Part shown: piece after piece, positions 35,789 through 50,789 of the stretch
Position numbering within the stretch: the first letter of the stretch is position 1
How the letters are laid out: each line of letters starts with the position of its first letter
Assembly: GCA_030770535.1 (NCBI GenBank)
Contig: JASVEC010000019.1
Coordinates: 806,001 to 870,000, forward strand
DNA: 64,000 nucleotides
Origin: Batkoa obscura
Taxonomy: Eukaryota
Direction of reading: 5' to 3'
Notes under the pieces: model-generated
Told to the model about the DNA's origin: nothing
Databases searched by the model: none
Seen by the model: the letters and a program-made list of their open reading frames with translations, nothing else
Position numbers and translations under genes: made by a program

Positions 35789-36308
35789 ATGAGTATTAGT
35801 AGAATTAAATACATAGAAATTCAGCAAGTGAAAGAACTAATACTGAGAAATAAAAACAATTTGAAGTAACAAAGCAATAATAGCTTAATTGTTTAGCTGT
35901 TTACTAACTTTTTCTTATAGCAAAGATTATCTGATAGTAGATGTAAGAGATAACGATTATATCGTAAGTAAGCAATTTTAAATGATAAAATAAAAACTAA
36001 AGTCAGGAAGGGAGGTCATATAAAAGGAAGTATAAATATGCCCTCGAATGAGTTTAGAAATGAGGTACAAAATTTCCATTCAAATAATAAAGGCATAAAA
36101 AAAAATCATTTTCCATTGTGCTTTATCTCAAGTAAGGGGTCCGAAATGTGCTACAATTTATTCCAATTATTTGGCTAGTCTAAATGATGACTTAAATCAA
36201 GATTCACAAATTTATATTTTAAGAGGTGGCTTTACATCTTGGCAATATTTATATGGTAACAATAGCGAATTAACAGAAGATTATAATAGTGAATTATGGA
36301 AAGAATAA
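35789..36308 (+). CDS. Cdc25-like rhodanese-fold phosphatase/arsenate reductase (Ych1/Ibp1 family), paralog 2 (absent from ORF track)
   Basis: Exons 35789-35865, 35921-35963 and 36011-36308 give ...DYLIVDVRDNDYIGGHIKGSINMPS...IIFHCALSQVRGPKCA...YILRGGFTSW. Confidence 0.9.
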
Positions 36309-36322
36309 ATTAAATTAAATTT

Positions 36323-37677
36323 TTATTTTTGTTTTTTCTTTTTATCATTGTTATTATCTAACATGTAATATTCCAATTGCTTCTCAAGGTTAGGGGCGTT
36401 CTCTCTTTTGCCAGCAACTTCCTTCTTTAAACTAATAATACGCTCAAACTCATTATTTAAATCTTGGGAATCCATTTTATGAGTTCTTTTATTTGGAGTA
36501 TATAATAGTTTTTTATTGCTATTGTTGATATAAGTAGGTATTATTTTTTCAATATTCGTACCATTTAAACCGATATCACTCAAAGATAATTGCTCATTAT
36601 TAACAATATTATCAAATTTTAACAATTCAACTTGCTCTCTTGTTAATGAAAACAAACTAGGGGGCAATTTTTCTAAAAAATAAGCTTGCAATTTGGCTAC
36701 TTCCCATGGCAATGAAATAATCCCTCGTTTTAATTGACTATATTTCAATACAAGCTCCATAATTTGCTTATAGGTGTAAACTAAATATATAAATTAACTA
36801 TAGAATAATATAAATAATAAAGCTACCATTTGGTCCTCCAACTTCAAATAATTTGCCATTAAAGGAATCATTGTTGGATAATATTTGAATAGCCTTTGCT
36901 AAATCCCAAACATAAATTGGCTGAAATTTCGTTAATCCGCCACCAAAAACAGGTAAAAAAGGTAAATACTTTCCGATTTTTGCAAATCTCTATATAATTT
37001 GAAAGAATTAAGTTACTACTGAAATTAAGTAAATAGCAGTAATTACATTAATGAAATCGTCTTCGGGTCCAATAACTAAACTAGGTCTCACAATAATAGT
37101 ATTTGGATTATGTTTCTTGACTGCTACCTCACCTAAACCTAATTTGTTTTTAGTAAATAATAAGATAAATAATTAAATATTATACCCTTAGTTCTAGAAT
37201 AAACAATAGAAGATTCAGGGTTGGCACCAATAGCAGAAATGTGAATTAGTTTTGAACCATTTGACTGAGTGATTTTAGCCAAGTTTTCAGCACCATTGAT
37301 ATGAATGTTAGTAGAATTTGTTTCATTTTGATTCATGACTCCCACTAAATTGATAACAACATTAGCATCTTTACATAAATGTTCCATTTGGTCATAATTA
37401 GTAATATCTCCCTGTTGAGTAGATAATACTTGGTTCCCTAGCTGTTTAATTTTGGGATTTTCTTTCCCAGATTTACTTATAGGTTGAATCTTTACAAATG
37501 GGTCTTGGATCAAGGACTTAATCACATAGTTTCCTGTCATAATAATTAGTTTACTTTATATATTTAACTATTATAAAGTATACCAATGAAGCCAGAGCCG
37601 CCTAAAATAGTTACTTTTGTAGAAGTGTTAAGATATCTTTTTGAATGATTTAATAAATGCTTGGTATTTAACAACAT
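36323..37677 (-). CDS. NDUFA9-like atypical SDR / NAD-dependent epimerase-dehydratase
   Basis: VTILGGSGFIG (split by an intron), VVINLVG, LIHISAIGA, YSRTKG, IVRPSLVIGPEDDF, FQPIYVWD; mitochondrial-type presequence. Confidence 0.85.
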
Positions 37678-38024
37678 GTTTAGTTTTGATAAATAGTTAA
37701 TAGAGCTTTTTGTATTTGGCAACTGTAGTTTTTTATATTCAGCTACGTCACTTAACCATCACGCATCTTTGGCAAAATCGTCGATTTTATGCAAAAAATT
37801 ACCTTTCTCATTTTACTAAACTGGAATTAAAAATATAATTGGCTGAATAAGGGGTAGCTTATACTTCTTTACCCATTTAGTACTAAAATGCAATTCCATA
37901 AAATTTATGCTTCACACAAATTTGTACACTAAAATAAAATAAGCAAAATTAGATATTGAATGCGTAGCAAGTTTTAAAATCTTTCTTTGATAAAGTAAGA
38001 AAAATAACATTATCTTAAAATTTA

Positions 38025-39833
38025 ATGAAGAGAAGAGAGGCCTGCGTAAGTTGCTATAAAAGAAAGCAAAAATGTAATAAACAGAAGCCATGCTTAAGAT
38101 GCCATGAGTTAGGAATTGATTGTTATTATGAAATAGAAAAAGAAAAAGAAAAACAAAAACAAAAGGTTGAAGAAAATGATAAAGGAAAAAGCACTTCATT
38201 AACTAGATACAGAAAAGACTTTACAAAATCAAGATTAGTAGACAAGTACAGCAAGTTATTAGGATTATTCAAAAAAGTATATGGAATTAATCAAGATATT
38301 AGAGAAGATGTTTTGTTTGGATTTTTAACAAAACAAATGAACCATTCTTTCCTTTATCAGCAAAAAAGCTTTTTAACTCTTGTGAATTTAAATTCAAATC
38401 AATTATTAAAAGGTAGAGTATATAAAAATGTTTAGTTATTATTAATAATATTAATATTTAGAACTTGAACCTAAATTAATTGAAACATTTTTTACTTTTA
38501 ATAATAAAATCCAATTATTGATATCTCCTGAAAAAAAAAGCCATATATTGGTTTCTAACAATGAGCATGATATTGCTCTTAAATATGCAATATGTTGCTA
38601 TACTTACCAAACTTACCGTTATTTAAGTAATTTGTCGCCAGTCAAATTAAATCAAATACCATTTTATATCAAAGCGAAAACATTGATAAATTCATTAATT
38701 CAAAAGCCCAGTATTCAACTGCTTCAATGTAGTTTATTGTTATCGCAACAGGAATATGGGTTCGATTGTAAATATAAAGCATTAATGTCTTCAAGTAAAT
38801 TTATTATATATTATTATTATTATTATGATTTAATTTTTGTTTAGTGTTTGCTACAAAGTAATATTATTTTAATTAATTAATGTGATTTAACAGTATCAGG
38901 TTATACCAAATTTTAGGATTGAACTCTAAACTTGAAACAAAAGATATTAAAAGTGAAGAACTAGCAGAAAAATATCGAATAAGTTTATTCTGTATTAATC
39001 AGGATTTGTTAGCCTCTTTTCCTTCTGCAAAACCTTCTATTATACCGTTTAAAAAGGATACGCTATCAGAAGACAAATACGGTTTCAATATAAATGAAAA
39101 CTTAATTGAACCTTACAAAATTGTAATATAAATTTATTACGTTTTTATAAATTAAAATTAAATTTTTTATTAGACAGTTTTAGAAGCACAAACCAAATTA
39201 ACCAAAACGTTCAATTATTTAGTAGGGATTGATTATGATATAAAATGGAACAATATACGACTTAAAAACAGGGAAATCGATGAAAAGGAGTATGAAATGA
39301 CATTAGACCAGTTTGACAAAGAAACAAACCTTCTGGGGACATTTGTTTTTTTATCTTTTAAAATGAAGGAGATTTTAGATACTAGAATTGACTTGATTCA
39401 GCACCCCTTTCTACTAACCTATGTAAGTATCTTTTATTTTTATAGAAGTGTGTTGCTACAAATCAAAATATATCAGGTCAAGTTGCATCAGACAAGAAAT
39501 ATAAAGGATTTATTTTATTACACAGAATATAGCAATGAAGCCAAAAAAATAGCTAAAGAAACGTATATCAACAATGAGTTACTAGAAAAAAAACTCAAAG
39601 TTAATTTAAAGGATAAATTTAATGACATTTTTTATATATTACACTTTGGACATATTATCAATTTAGAATACCTTACACTGCCATTTAGTTCGGAAGCTTG
39701 CTCTGTTTCTAATCATTTTAGTTGCAAAATCATTGAGAAGATTCAAGGATTAGCTAAGTATTGGCCGATATATACTAATTTCATGGCAAAAGCAAAGGGT
39801 TGTAATAGCGGATCCGGGGTTTTAAAGAAATAA
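38025..39833 (+). CDS. Zn(II)2Cys6 transcription factor, paralog 2
   Basis: CVSCYKRKQKCNKQKPCLRCHELGIDC; same intron layout as the other paralogs, micro-exon 38845-38857; C-terminal HPFL and FYILHFGH..NLE motifs. Confidence 0.9.
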
Positions 39834-40187
39834 ATATTATTGATAGAGCTACTCTTTTATGGACTGTATAATTTTTTTAATTAATTTCATTTATTTTTGC
39901 AATGGCTAATATTTTAGGATACCAGGACTAAAGTTGTATAAAAGTGTTAATGTTTGTATCAAATTTTATTTATGTTATAAAAAACCAACACTATAAACTT
40001 GAAGAGGGTAATGTATTTAAAAATAATTAATTACAAGCGAAAAATTAAATATTGATAGGTTTAAAAGTTACTAAAGGCTAAACTAAAAAGTTTTATTTAT
40101 GTTAAAAATTATTTATGGCTAAATCAACAATAAATTTTGATATAATTATAACAAAAGTGTTTTCTAATTCTAAGATTAGTAAAATCC

Positions 40188-41375
<1,188 letters not shown>

Positions 41376-41436
41376 CTATATTACACTGACTGTAACTTTC
41401 AATATAGCATAAATTATATTGTTGTTGATTTAAATA

Positions 41437-41538
41437 TGGTGATGTGTTTTTATATTTAAGAATTTTACTAACAATTTTTCCGCTCAAATAGTGTTTAAAA
41501 GATGGAAAAAGTGATGAAGCAAAAAAAAAACATCCCCA
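41437..41538 (+). mobile_element. ~100-bp MITE
   Basis: TA|TGGTGATGTGTTTT ... AAAAAAACATCCCCA|TA. Confidence 0.85.
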
Positions 41539-42369
41539 TATACTATCAATCTATATTGTATTCATCAACGATCCACTTAATCAAATAGCCGTGCTATCTA
41601 GACACAACAACTTAACCTTTACTGATTATTATATTATATCTCAAATACTTTATGCTCTTTTCTATCAGCATACATTTTTTGGCTTTTCCTTAGTGTTGTT
41701 ATAACATTATAAAGAGTTCGGGTATGGCGTTTGGATGGTTTATTTCTTTAAGAATACTGATTTTTTGAAGCAGAAAGCTTCTTTAAAGTAAATAACAATA
41801 AACTAGTATTACTTTTTTCAAGCTAATATGAAATAGCATATCTACAAAAGCCATTATAAGTTATGTGACCGACATAAGTGCAAAAAAAAACAGTGTGTAG
41901 GTTATGTAAGGAACATTTGAACTAAATAAATAGCCTCGTACTTTTATGCCTTTAAGAGTTCTTCGAAAATAGTAGCTTCTATAAGGAAATCAACAGTCAA
42001 TATAATATTAAGATATTATGCAGGTAAAAGTTTAATCGTTGTCTTTCGGTTTTATTTCTTAAGCCAGAGTATTAAGTTTTACACCCCAAACTAAATTTAA
42101 TTGTCTATGGAGTAAGAGGAAAATAACAAACTGTACTTTTTAATATTGGATCGTTTCAAAAAGACGTTTATTATCCTCAACGAAATGATCGAATACAATC
42201 GTCTTGTTAGAAGAGATACTTCACATTTATGTGAGTAATGAAGTAGTTAATAGATCAAGAGAACCCTTCGCCTTGAGTAGTTGAATTTTTTATTTAAAAT
42301 ACAAATGTAATAAATAGATAGAGATTTTCTTTATTTCCAACTTAACTTAGATCAATAGTTAAAGTTAAG

Positions 42370-43601
42370 TTAAGTTAGAAGTTTAAATACAACATAAGTT
42401 TCTGATATTCCAGAATCTTCATCATGATCCTTTTGAAATCTTCATTCCATTAGGCAATATACGATCAATGTGAGTAAGTCTCCAAGCTTCTAAATGATAA
42501 GATCTATGTCTTAAGGTTTCGCGGATAGCAGAATTTAAATTTGAGAATTTATCAATATCCTCTTTACTTAGTAATGGACTCCCAGTTGCATCCTTTTCTA
42601 CATGTTCAGTTATTCTTTTTTGTTCTTCACGTAAAATTGCAAAGTTTTCAGGATGTGCTAACAAATCAGTAATAAGGAGACTAGAGCTTCTAGTGGTAGT
42701 AGAAATAGAAGCAAAGCCAAGAACCATAATAGCTTGTGAAATTTGACTAATATTATGCCCTTTGTCACTCAATGTATCTACAAGTCCTTTTGCCTCAACT
42801 TCCTCCCCACCCTTAATCTTTTGTCTTCTATTTTGAATATGCTTTTCAATTCTAGAGTAGATAAATTCTCTTTCACTGACAGATGGGTTTCCATACTTGA
42901 TTTTGTAATTGACAATATAACTTCCAATGAAAGGAACTAAATGCCAAAGCAATCCTTTTCTTAAACACTTATCTATCTTATTGGCATAGTCACGTAGCAA
43001 AAAGATTAAATCTTTATCCTTTGATAATTCAGGACCAAGTAGAAGAACAGCAACGGAATTTGCAATTACATTCGAAAAAAAGTATTCAATATTAATACCT
43101 TCTGGACCGGTTCCTTCACCTATTTCTTCTTGAATAACTCTGTTCATGGTTTTTAAAACTTCTGGAAGCATGGTTTTTAGCATGGGTGTGATTTCTTCTT
43201 TGACAATTGCAACGTTATCTAATATTTGATCTGGTTTGCCTGGAGAATCCTTTCCCTCTCCAAGTACTTCACTAATAAAAAATATCTTATCTCTGCCTTC
43301 AACAATACCCATATCATGGGCCTTAGCTAAGTACTCAGAAGCTTTGTTAGTGAATACAAATATTTTCTTCCCTAAAAAGTTGACTCCAAATATATCCCCA
43401 TATTTTTTTTGACATTCTAATAGAAATCTTCTAGGATTGTTTCTCAACTGTAAAGTATGGCCGATAATTGGAAGATGAGGTACCATCGGAGGCTCATCCT
43501 TTGTGGAATAAACATTATAGGCAGTATATGCTACCCAAAGTAGAAGAGAATAAATGATGAATTTATCTAAAGATAAATAATCCTTCAAATTTAAGTAACT
43601 T
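42370..43601 (-). pseudogene. Cytochrome P450 pseudogene (no ATG, ~295-bp deletion removing the heme-Cys region), inverted twin of 54467-55999
   Basis: 42426-43576 is the reverse complement of 54497-55647. After the deletion a diverged tail EDSGISETYVVFKLLT* matches GDFGIPDPYVVFKPLA*. Confidence 0.9.
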
Positions 43602-44169
43602 ATTATTTGTAAATTTTACAGTAAGTTCGAAGTAAAACCAGTCTTTTCGTATACTTTTTGTATTTTTTAAATCGTTTATCATAATTTTCAGAATGATTTA
43701 AATCTTACTATTACTTATTAGCTTAAATAATTTAACATAATACTTTATGTTCTTTAAACTATTCTCAATTTTAAATAAAAAAAGTGCTTTAATTGTAAAT
43801 TTTAGCTAAATCAAGTTTAAAATTTATTACTGCAAATTAGTTATTAAAAATTAGTTACATAAAAATAGTTTAGCTGTAACCTCAGTTCATTAACCTGTGT
43901 ACAGAGCTTTTCACCACACTTCAACAGAGATTTTAATGAATTTAACTTGAATTGGCGTATATTAACATTATTGTAAGACTTTAAACAATTATTATACTTG
44001 CAGTAAAAGTTTAAAGATATAAAACTTCATTTCAATACAAATTTTCTCACATTGTATAAGGATCACTTTATTTAGTCTAAATTCAATTAAGTTGTCTTTT
44101 TACTTTAATAAATCTTTTATTTTATACAATCTGACTTTTATATTAAAAGTAAATTAAACAAAAAGTGTA

Positions 44170-44260
44170 TAGGGATCCTTCTCTCACTTTTTCCATCTTT
44201 CAAGCGCTATTTGGGTGGATAACTGTTAGTAAAATTTTTAGACAAAAAAACATATCTCCA
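44170..44260 (-). mobile_element. ~100-bp MITE (one end degraded)
   Basis: cactttttccatctttcaagcgctatttgggtgga ... catatctcca|ta. Confidence 0.7.
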
Positions 44261-44921
44261 TATATTAATATGAATATTAAGAACAATATAGTACAATTTG
44301 CTTTTTAACGAAAGTTTAGTCATAAAACTACTTAAGTCCTATATTTTATAAAATAGTAAAATAACAAATAATGAAGTACAGTTTCATATTTGATATGCTT
44401 ATTTAAATTTTTTCAATAATTTTTATAGAAAATTTTCAATTCATTATACATAATAATACAGATTATAAAATTCTTTCAGTTAAAATACTATAATCAAGAA
44501 ATTGTCTTTTTATATTTATAGTTATTGATAGTATTTTTTAATTTATATTTCTAAGGCATAAGTAATTAAATTAGTATTTACTTAAATACTTGCTTTTAAA
44601 ATAACTCAATGCATTATTATTTTAAAGTGCTATGCTTTTATAAGTAGCTCTTTAATCTGTTTCAAGGTTTTAACAAAAATAAAGACAAATACATTTTTTA
44701 ATACAATTTATTTGCTCTATTTGTGATATTTTTGCCTTTTAGATATTAAAATTTGTAAAAAATAGTGACGAATTATTTCCTAATATAATTATAGTGTAGG
44801 CTAAACTGACAAAAAAAGCTATACTTGTTTAGCCAATAACTTCAAACCATTATAAAAAACCTCATTTTTAAACGGTATTGAAATTACCAGATGAATCATT
44901 TTTTATCCTTTATAAAATTTA

Positions 44922-46711
44922 ATGAAAAAGAAATTAGTATGTATTAGCTGTCATCGCAGGAAGCAAAAATGCGATAGGAAAAGACCCTGCTTGAGATGTC
45001 ATAATTTAGGAATTGAATGCCATTATGAGGCAGAAATAGAAAAAGAAAAAGTTAAACAAGAACATGAAGAGAAGAATAACTCATTGATAAGATACAGGAA
45101 AGAGTATACAAAGCCAAGATTAATTAATAAGTATAACAAGTTAGTTGAATTATGTAAAAAAATATATGGAATCAATGAAAACATTAAAGAGGATACTTTT
45201 TTTAAAATAATAAAACAAAAATCTATCCACTCATTTTATCAACAACAAACTTTTTTCCCGGTGATTAATTTGAAAGTTATTAATTTATTAAAAGGTACTA
45301 TTATCTGGTTTTTCTATTTAGAATTTGACCCTCAATTTTTATTTAGACCTTGAACCTGGATTAATTAAGACATTTTTCAGATTTAACAATAAAATTCAAT
45401 TATTGATTTCACCTGAAAGGGAAGCCCAAATATTGAAATCTAAAGAAGAGCATGATATCGCGCTCAAATATACAATATGTGCCTGTGCGTTTCAAACTTA
45501 TCGTTATTTAAATTGTTTACCCCCAGTTACTTTAGACCAAAATCCATTTTATTTTAAAGCCAAAGCTTTATTAAATTTATTAATTGAAAAACCAAGTATC
45601 CAATTAGCACAAGCTACTTTGTTACTTTTACAACAAGAGGTAGGTTTCAATATGACAGGAAGGAGTGCTATAACTTCAGGTAATTAATGTATCGTTATAT
45701 ATATGGAATAATTTTATATTATATTGACTTTTTAATCTAGTTCAAGCTATAAGGTAAAAACGATATATATTATTCAATAATATTATGTAATATAATATTT
45801 AGATTTTGTCAAATCTTAGGTTTACATTTAATAAATGATATTGATATAAATGAAACTGTCTCCCCTGAGATAGCTGAAAGTTTCAGTATTGGTTGCTTTT
45901 GCATCAACCACGACTTAATACACTCTCTTTATTATTCTAGACCACCATTGTTCCAATATAAAAAAGTGGAAATACCAAAGCTAAGTCAATTATCATTCAA
46001 ACAGCGAATATTGAAGCCTTATGAAGAGGTAAATTAATACTATTGAATAGAAAAGTAAGTAATTAATATCCAAAACTATAGGACTTGGTGACAGTTCTTA
46101 TATTGTTGACTAAACTATTCAGCTATTTTGTTAGCGTGCAAGTTACATTAAACAATTTAATATTTAAAAATCAAAAGTTAAGTAATTACGAAATGAAACT
46201 AAAAATCGATCAACTATTTAAACAAATTGAAAGCTTTAAGAGGTCAACGTATTTTGATTTTCAAATTGAAGAAATATTAAATCCGGAAATAAGTATAATT
46301 GAGCATCCATTTTTAATATCATATATAAGTCTCTATCAACTTCACTCTGTTTTATTAGTCCAGATTAAGTCATTTCAACTTAAGTTATATAATATTAATA
46401 ATCCAAAGGATTCTCTCCACTACACTGAATATAATAATGACGTGAAAAGGATAGCGTTGGAATCATATAATAACTTTGCGATCATTGAACAGAAATGTAA
46501 ACAACAACTATCGAACAAACATGGCGATATTTATTTTATTACCCATTTCGGACATTTATTTAACTATGAATACTTAGCTTTACCTTTTTTCTATGATAAT
46601 TCAAATGCATCAACTACATTTATAAAAAATATTAGTGCAAAAATCAAGTATTTAAGCAACTATTGGCCTATTCATTCTAAATCATTTAGTTTTAATAAAA
46701 AGTTTTTATAA
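44922..46711 (+). CDS. Zn(II)2Cys6 transcription factor, paralog 3
   Basis: CISCHRRKQKCDRKRPCLRCHNLGIEC; micro-exon 45741-45753 gives VQAIRFCQILGLHL. Confidence 0.9.
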
Positions 46712-47054
46712 ATGATTTATTTACTAATTTTTATATTTTAATGCTTTACATAGCAATAAAGCTATTATCGACATTTGAAATAGGATATCCGGTAAATTTT
46801 AAGAATAATAATTTAGAGTAAATTTTTGTGCAAGTAACTAAAATTGTAACACTTTTATTTAACATATTGTGATAATAGTGTTTAATTATATAGATATTAA
46901 TCTATATGAGAAAAAGTACGATGTTTTACAATATATTAAATATTGTTAGAGGTCGGAATACAAATTTAAGTAACACAATAAATATTTAAAACGTAAACTA
47001 TTAAAATCTAATATTTATTTAGATAAGAGATATCAAAGTATTTGTACCTCAATA

Positions 47055-47153
47055 TAGTGATGTTTTTTTCGATTTCATTGCTTTTCCGTTTTTTAAACGC
47101 TATTTGAGCGGAAAGATTATTAATAAAATTCTCAAATACAAAATACATCTTTA
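47055..47153 (-). mobile_element. ~100-bp MITE
   Basis: TA|tagtgatgttttttt ... aaaatacatcttta|TA. Confidence 0.75.
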
Positions 47154-47709
47154 TATTGGAAGTGAGAATAAGTATTTCAAACATAGAGACATTTGGAATG
47201 CTCTTTAGAATAGTGGTAGATACTCTATTTACTACTACATTAAGGAGCATACGTAAATGAAGAGCAACAGAATATTATAAATATTCTTTAATAAAATAAT
47301 ATTCGTAAGGTAACCTATAGCTGTTATAGCTCTATTACGACTTGATTAACTGTAATTTTTGGAATCAGCTATTTGTTCAGATAGTTTTTTTAAAGTCTAG
47401 TCTTTATTTTTTAACTTACTTATAGATAAATTTCAGTTTTAAATAAACAGCTAATTAGGTTGCAACAAATCCAAGACAGTTTGTATTAGTGCCTATTTTC
47501 AGACATTGGAATCTTTATTGAAGCGAACGATTGAAGTTTGAAATTAGTTCAATAATTATTGCTATTTTTGGAAGTTACAATAAGATTACATAATTTAGGC
47601 TTTATGCTCTCAAAAATTAAGATAATAAAAAGCTAAAAAGTATGAAAGAATAACCAAGTATATAAATTATAAATCGAGAGAAAAAGATAAGGTCGAAAGG
47701 ATAATTAAA

Positions 47710-49552
47710 ATGAAGAAACAAAAGGCGTGTAATAGTTGCTATCAGAGAAAACAAAAATGCGATATGTTAAACCCATGTTCAAGATGTAAAAAAATCGAAG
47801 CGACTTGTGTTTACAAAGGTAATGTTACAAGCAAAGTTTTAAGTGTAGCTACAAGTGAAGTTACAAGTGAAGTTACAAGTGAAGTTACAAGTGAAGTTAC
47901 AAGCGATAATTTAATAGAGACTAATAAAAAAATAATCGTAAAAAGGAAAAACCATACAAAACCAAGATTGATGAAAAAATATCAAACTATTAAAGAGTTA
48001 ATTAAAAGGATTTATAACATCGAGGACATTAATGAGGATTCAATTTATAAACTATTGAAAGAAAATAAGTTCAAGTATTTTTCACATGAAGCAAAGCCTC
48101 AGTTGCAAGTTATACACTCAAATTCAAGTCAATTACTACAAGGTTTGGATCTCTTTATTTGTTTAAACTTGTTTAATCCTATTATATATAGAACTTGAAC
48201 CTAAGTTGCTTACAATATTTTTTACATATAGTAACAAGATTCAATCCTTGATTTCACCAGAAAAGCAAAATTATATATTAGCTTCGAAAGACGAGCATGA
48301 TGTTGCGCTTAAATACGCTTTATGTGCTTGTGCTTTTCAAGTTTATCGTTATTTGAATCATTTGCCTCCAGTTACTTTGGATCAAAATCCATTTTATTTT
48401 AAAGCCAAAGCTTTATTGCACTTGTTAGTTCAGAAACCAAGTATTCAACTGGTACAGGCCAACTTACTACTTTTACAGCAGGAATTTGGATTTAATTACG
48501 AATCCAGAGGTGCAATGAGTTCAGGTAATTAAAATTTCCACTTATAAATACCAATAATTCTTATTTTTTTAGTTCATGCAATTAGGTATATCACATATAT
48601 GTTTAAAAACAAACAATAACATCAAATAGAACATGTCAAATTTTAGGGTTACATCTTATCAAAGAGTTAGATTTATCTAAAAATCTCAGTACTGAAATAG
48701 CTGAGTGTTTTAAAATTGGATCCTTCTGTTTAAATCATGATATTATGAATTCTTTGTCATATGCTAAACCTTTGATGTTCCCATTCACTGAATTTGACCT
48801 ACCTGAAGATTCAAAAATAACCATAACAGAAAGGATTTATGAACCTTATAAAACGGTAACCTATTTGATTAATTAATATAAATAATAATAATAAATTTTA
48901 GTGTTTATTAGAAACTATAATCGGGTTAACAAAATTATTTAGCTATTTTATAAGATCACAATATAAATTAACTCAGCTAAACTCATTACTAGAGGGTGAC
49001 AATTTAGAGGACCATGAACTAAAATTAACGACTTTTGAAGATATGTTTAAAAAAATTGAAAATCTAAATGATTCATCCTGGTTGGATTTCAAAATGGAAG
49101 AAATATTAGGATCAAGTATTAGTTTGATTAGTCACCCTTTTTTAGTGTCGTATATCGGCACCCTACAATTTCATCTTGTACTATTAATTCAGATCCAATG
49201 TCTTCGAAGTAAAATATATAGAAAAAAACATCCCACTGAGCTGTTTTATATCAATGAAACTAAAGATGAAGCCAAAAAAATATCTAAGAAAGCATTTGAT
49301 AATTTTAGAATTATTGAAGAGAAGTTCAAGCAGGAGTTATCAAGTAATCATGGGGATATGTTTTATATTATTCATTTTGGTCATCTGTTTAACTTAGAAT
49401 CTCTTACACTACCCTTTTATAATGATAATGCCAGCTCATCAATTCATTTCGTTCAATCCATTTATCAAAAAATTATTAAACTAACCTCATACTGGCCTTT
49501 GTATATTAGGGTTACTGAAAAGTCTAAAATGCAATTGGCAAACAAATGGTAA
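47710..49552 (+). CDS. Zn(II)2Cys6 transcription factor, paralog 4
   Basis: CNSCYQRKQKCDMLNPCSRCKKIEATC; micro-exon 48573-48585 gives VHAIRTCQILGLHL. Confidence 0.9.
47851..47898 (+). repeat. Coding minisatellite (ACAAGTGAAGTT)x4 = (TSEV)4
   Basis: Perfect 12-bp tandem units in the linker after the Zn cluster. Confidence 0.9.
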
Positions 49553-49679
49553 AATAAGTATAAAACTATCTTGAATTTTAGTATTAATATAGACTAACTT
49601 ATATTAGTAAAAGTTAATTTATTTTTTATTAATTATTAACTTTAATTTTATGCTAATATTCAAGTCGTAATTCTATAAT

Positions 49680-50259
49680 TTAGTTCTGTATTAATAAACT
49701 AATAAAATTATTCGGATCCTCGGTCAAGATGGGCCTAAATAAATATAAGACTTTAAGACTATTTATTATTTTCCTTGCTTGTGATACTGGAATCCTACTT
49801 TTAATTATTTATTGAAAATAAAAAAAACTAATTTTAATTTACCAAATCCCATTAAATTCCTTTGAGTGAGACTTGTATTCTATTTTTTTATATTTTTTTA
49901 AAATAGCATTTGGATATTGTTTGATGTTGATTGAAAGCAGTAAATTAGTTACATTGACCATATCATTATCTTAGTATGAATTGAAATTAATATACCATTT
50001 TTAACTAATATTAATTTGGTTTACCTTGCCTCCTAATTATTTTAAAATTATTCACTGCTTGAATAAAGCAAATGGTTCCCTCCTCATACCACACAAACGT
50101 ATTCAATAATAAATTGGCATAAGAATTAGCCTTTTCTCTATTTTTATTAATGAAATGTTTTTTGTATGCGCTTTGCTCAAGCAAGCATCCATTTTTGTAT
50201 TCTTTAATCGCTTTATAGATATATCCTCCAGCTTCTTCTTCCTCAAGTATGAATTTCAT
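49680..50259 (-). CDS. 158-aa divergent APSES (StuA/Sok2/Efg1-type, KilA-N fold) transcription factor
   Basis: Exons 50259-50025, 49969-49843 and 49794-49680 splice in frame to WYEEGTICF...RRQDNDMVNVTNLL...AILK...GIWIPVSQA...LFRPIL. Confidence 0.85.
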
Positions 50260-50693
50260 TCAATTTATCATCAGTTTTTATGGTATCTATGATTATATGT
50301 GATGACATTTTAAACAATTAACCAATCATCATTCAAAGTTGATCTTAGAATGATTTTATAAACGGTTTGAATTAAAACTAAATTAAAATTAGTTTATCCT
50401 TAATAGTGCCACTTTATATCAGTATAAAATAGATTTGAAATACCTTCTGATTATGAATAGATATTAAAAACTGTTTTTTATATATTTACTCACTCTGATA
50501 TTAAAAAAATATCTATTTGGAAGATTTGATATATATTTACATAAATATTAATTTAAAAGATTTAAAGAATGGGCAACTATTAGGAGTGAAATGGTGGCAG
50601 AATTTTATTACAAAATAAAACGCTGGGTTTTAATCTTGAAGATTTTGAAACAAAATCAGTGATAAATTCCAAAATCCAGGAAACTTTCATGTA

Positions 50694-50789
50694 TGGAGAT
50701 GTTTTTTGGTTTCATTCCTTTTTCCATTTTTTAAGTGCTATTTGGGCAAAAAGATTAATAAAATTCTTAAACAGAAAAATACATCCCCA
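50694..50789 (-). mobile_element. ~100-bp MITE
   Basis: TA|TGGAGATGTTTTTT ... AAAAATACATCCCCA|TA. Confidence 0.85.
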
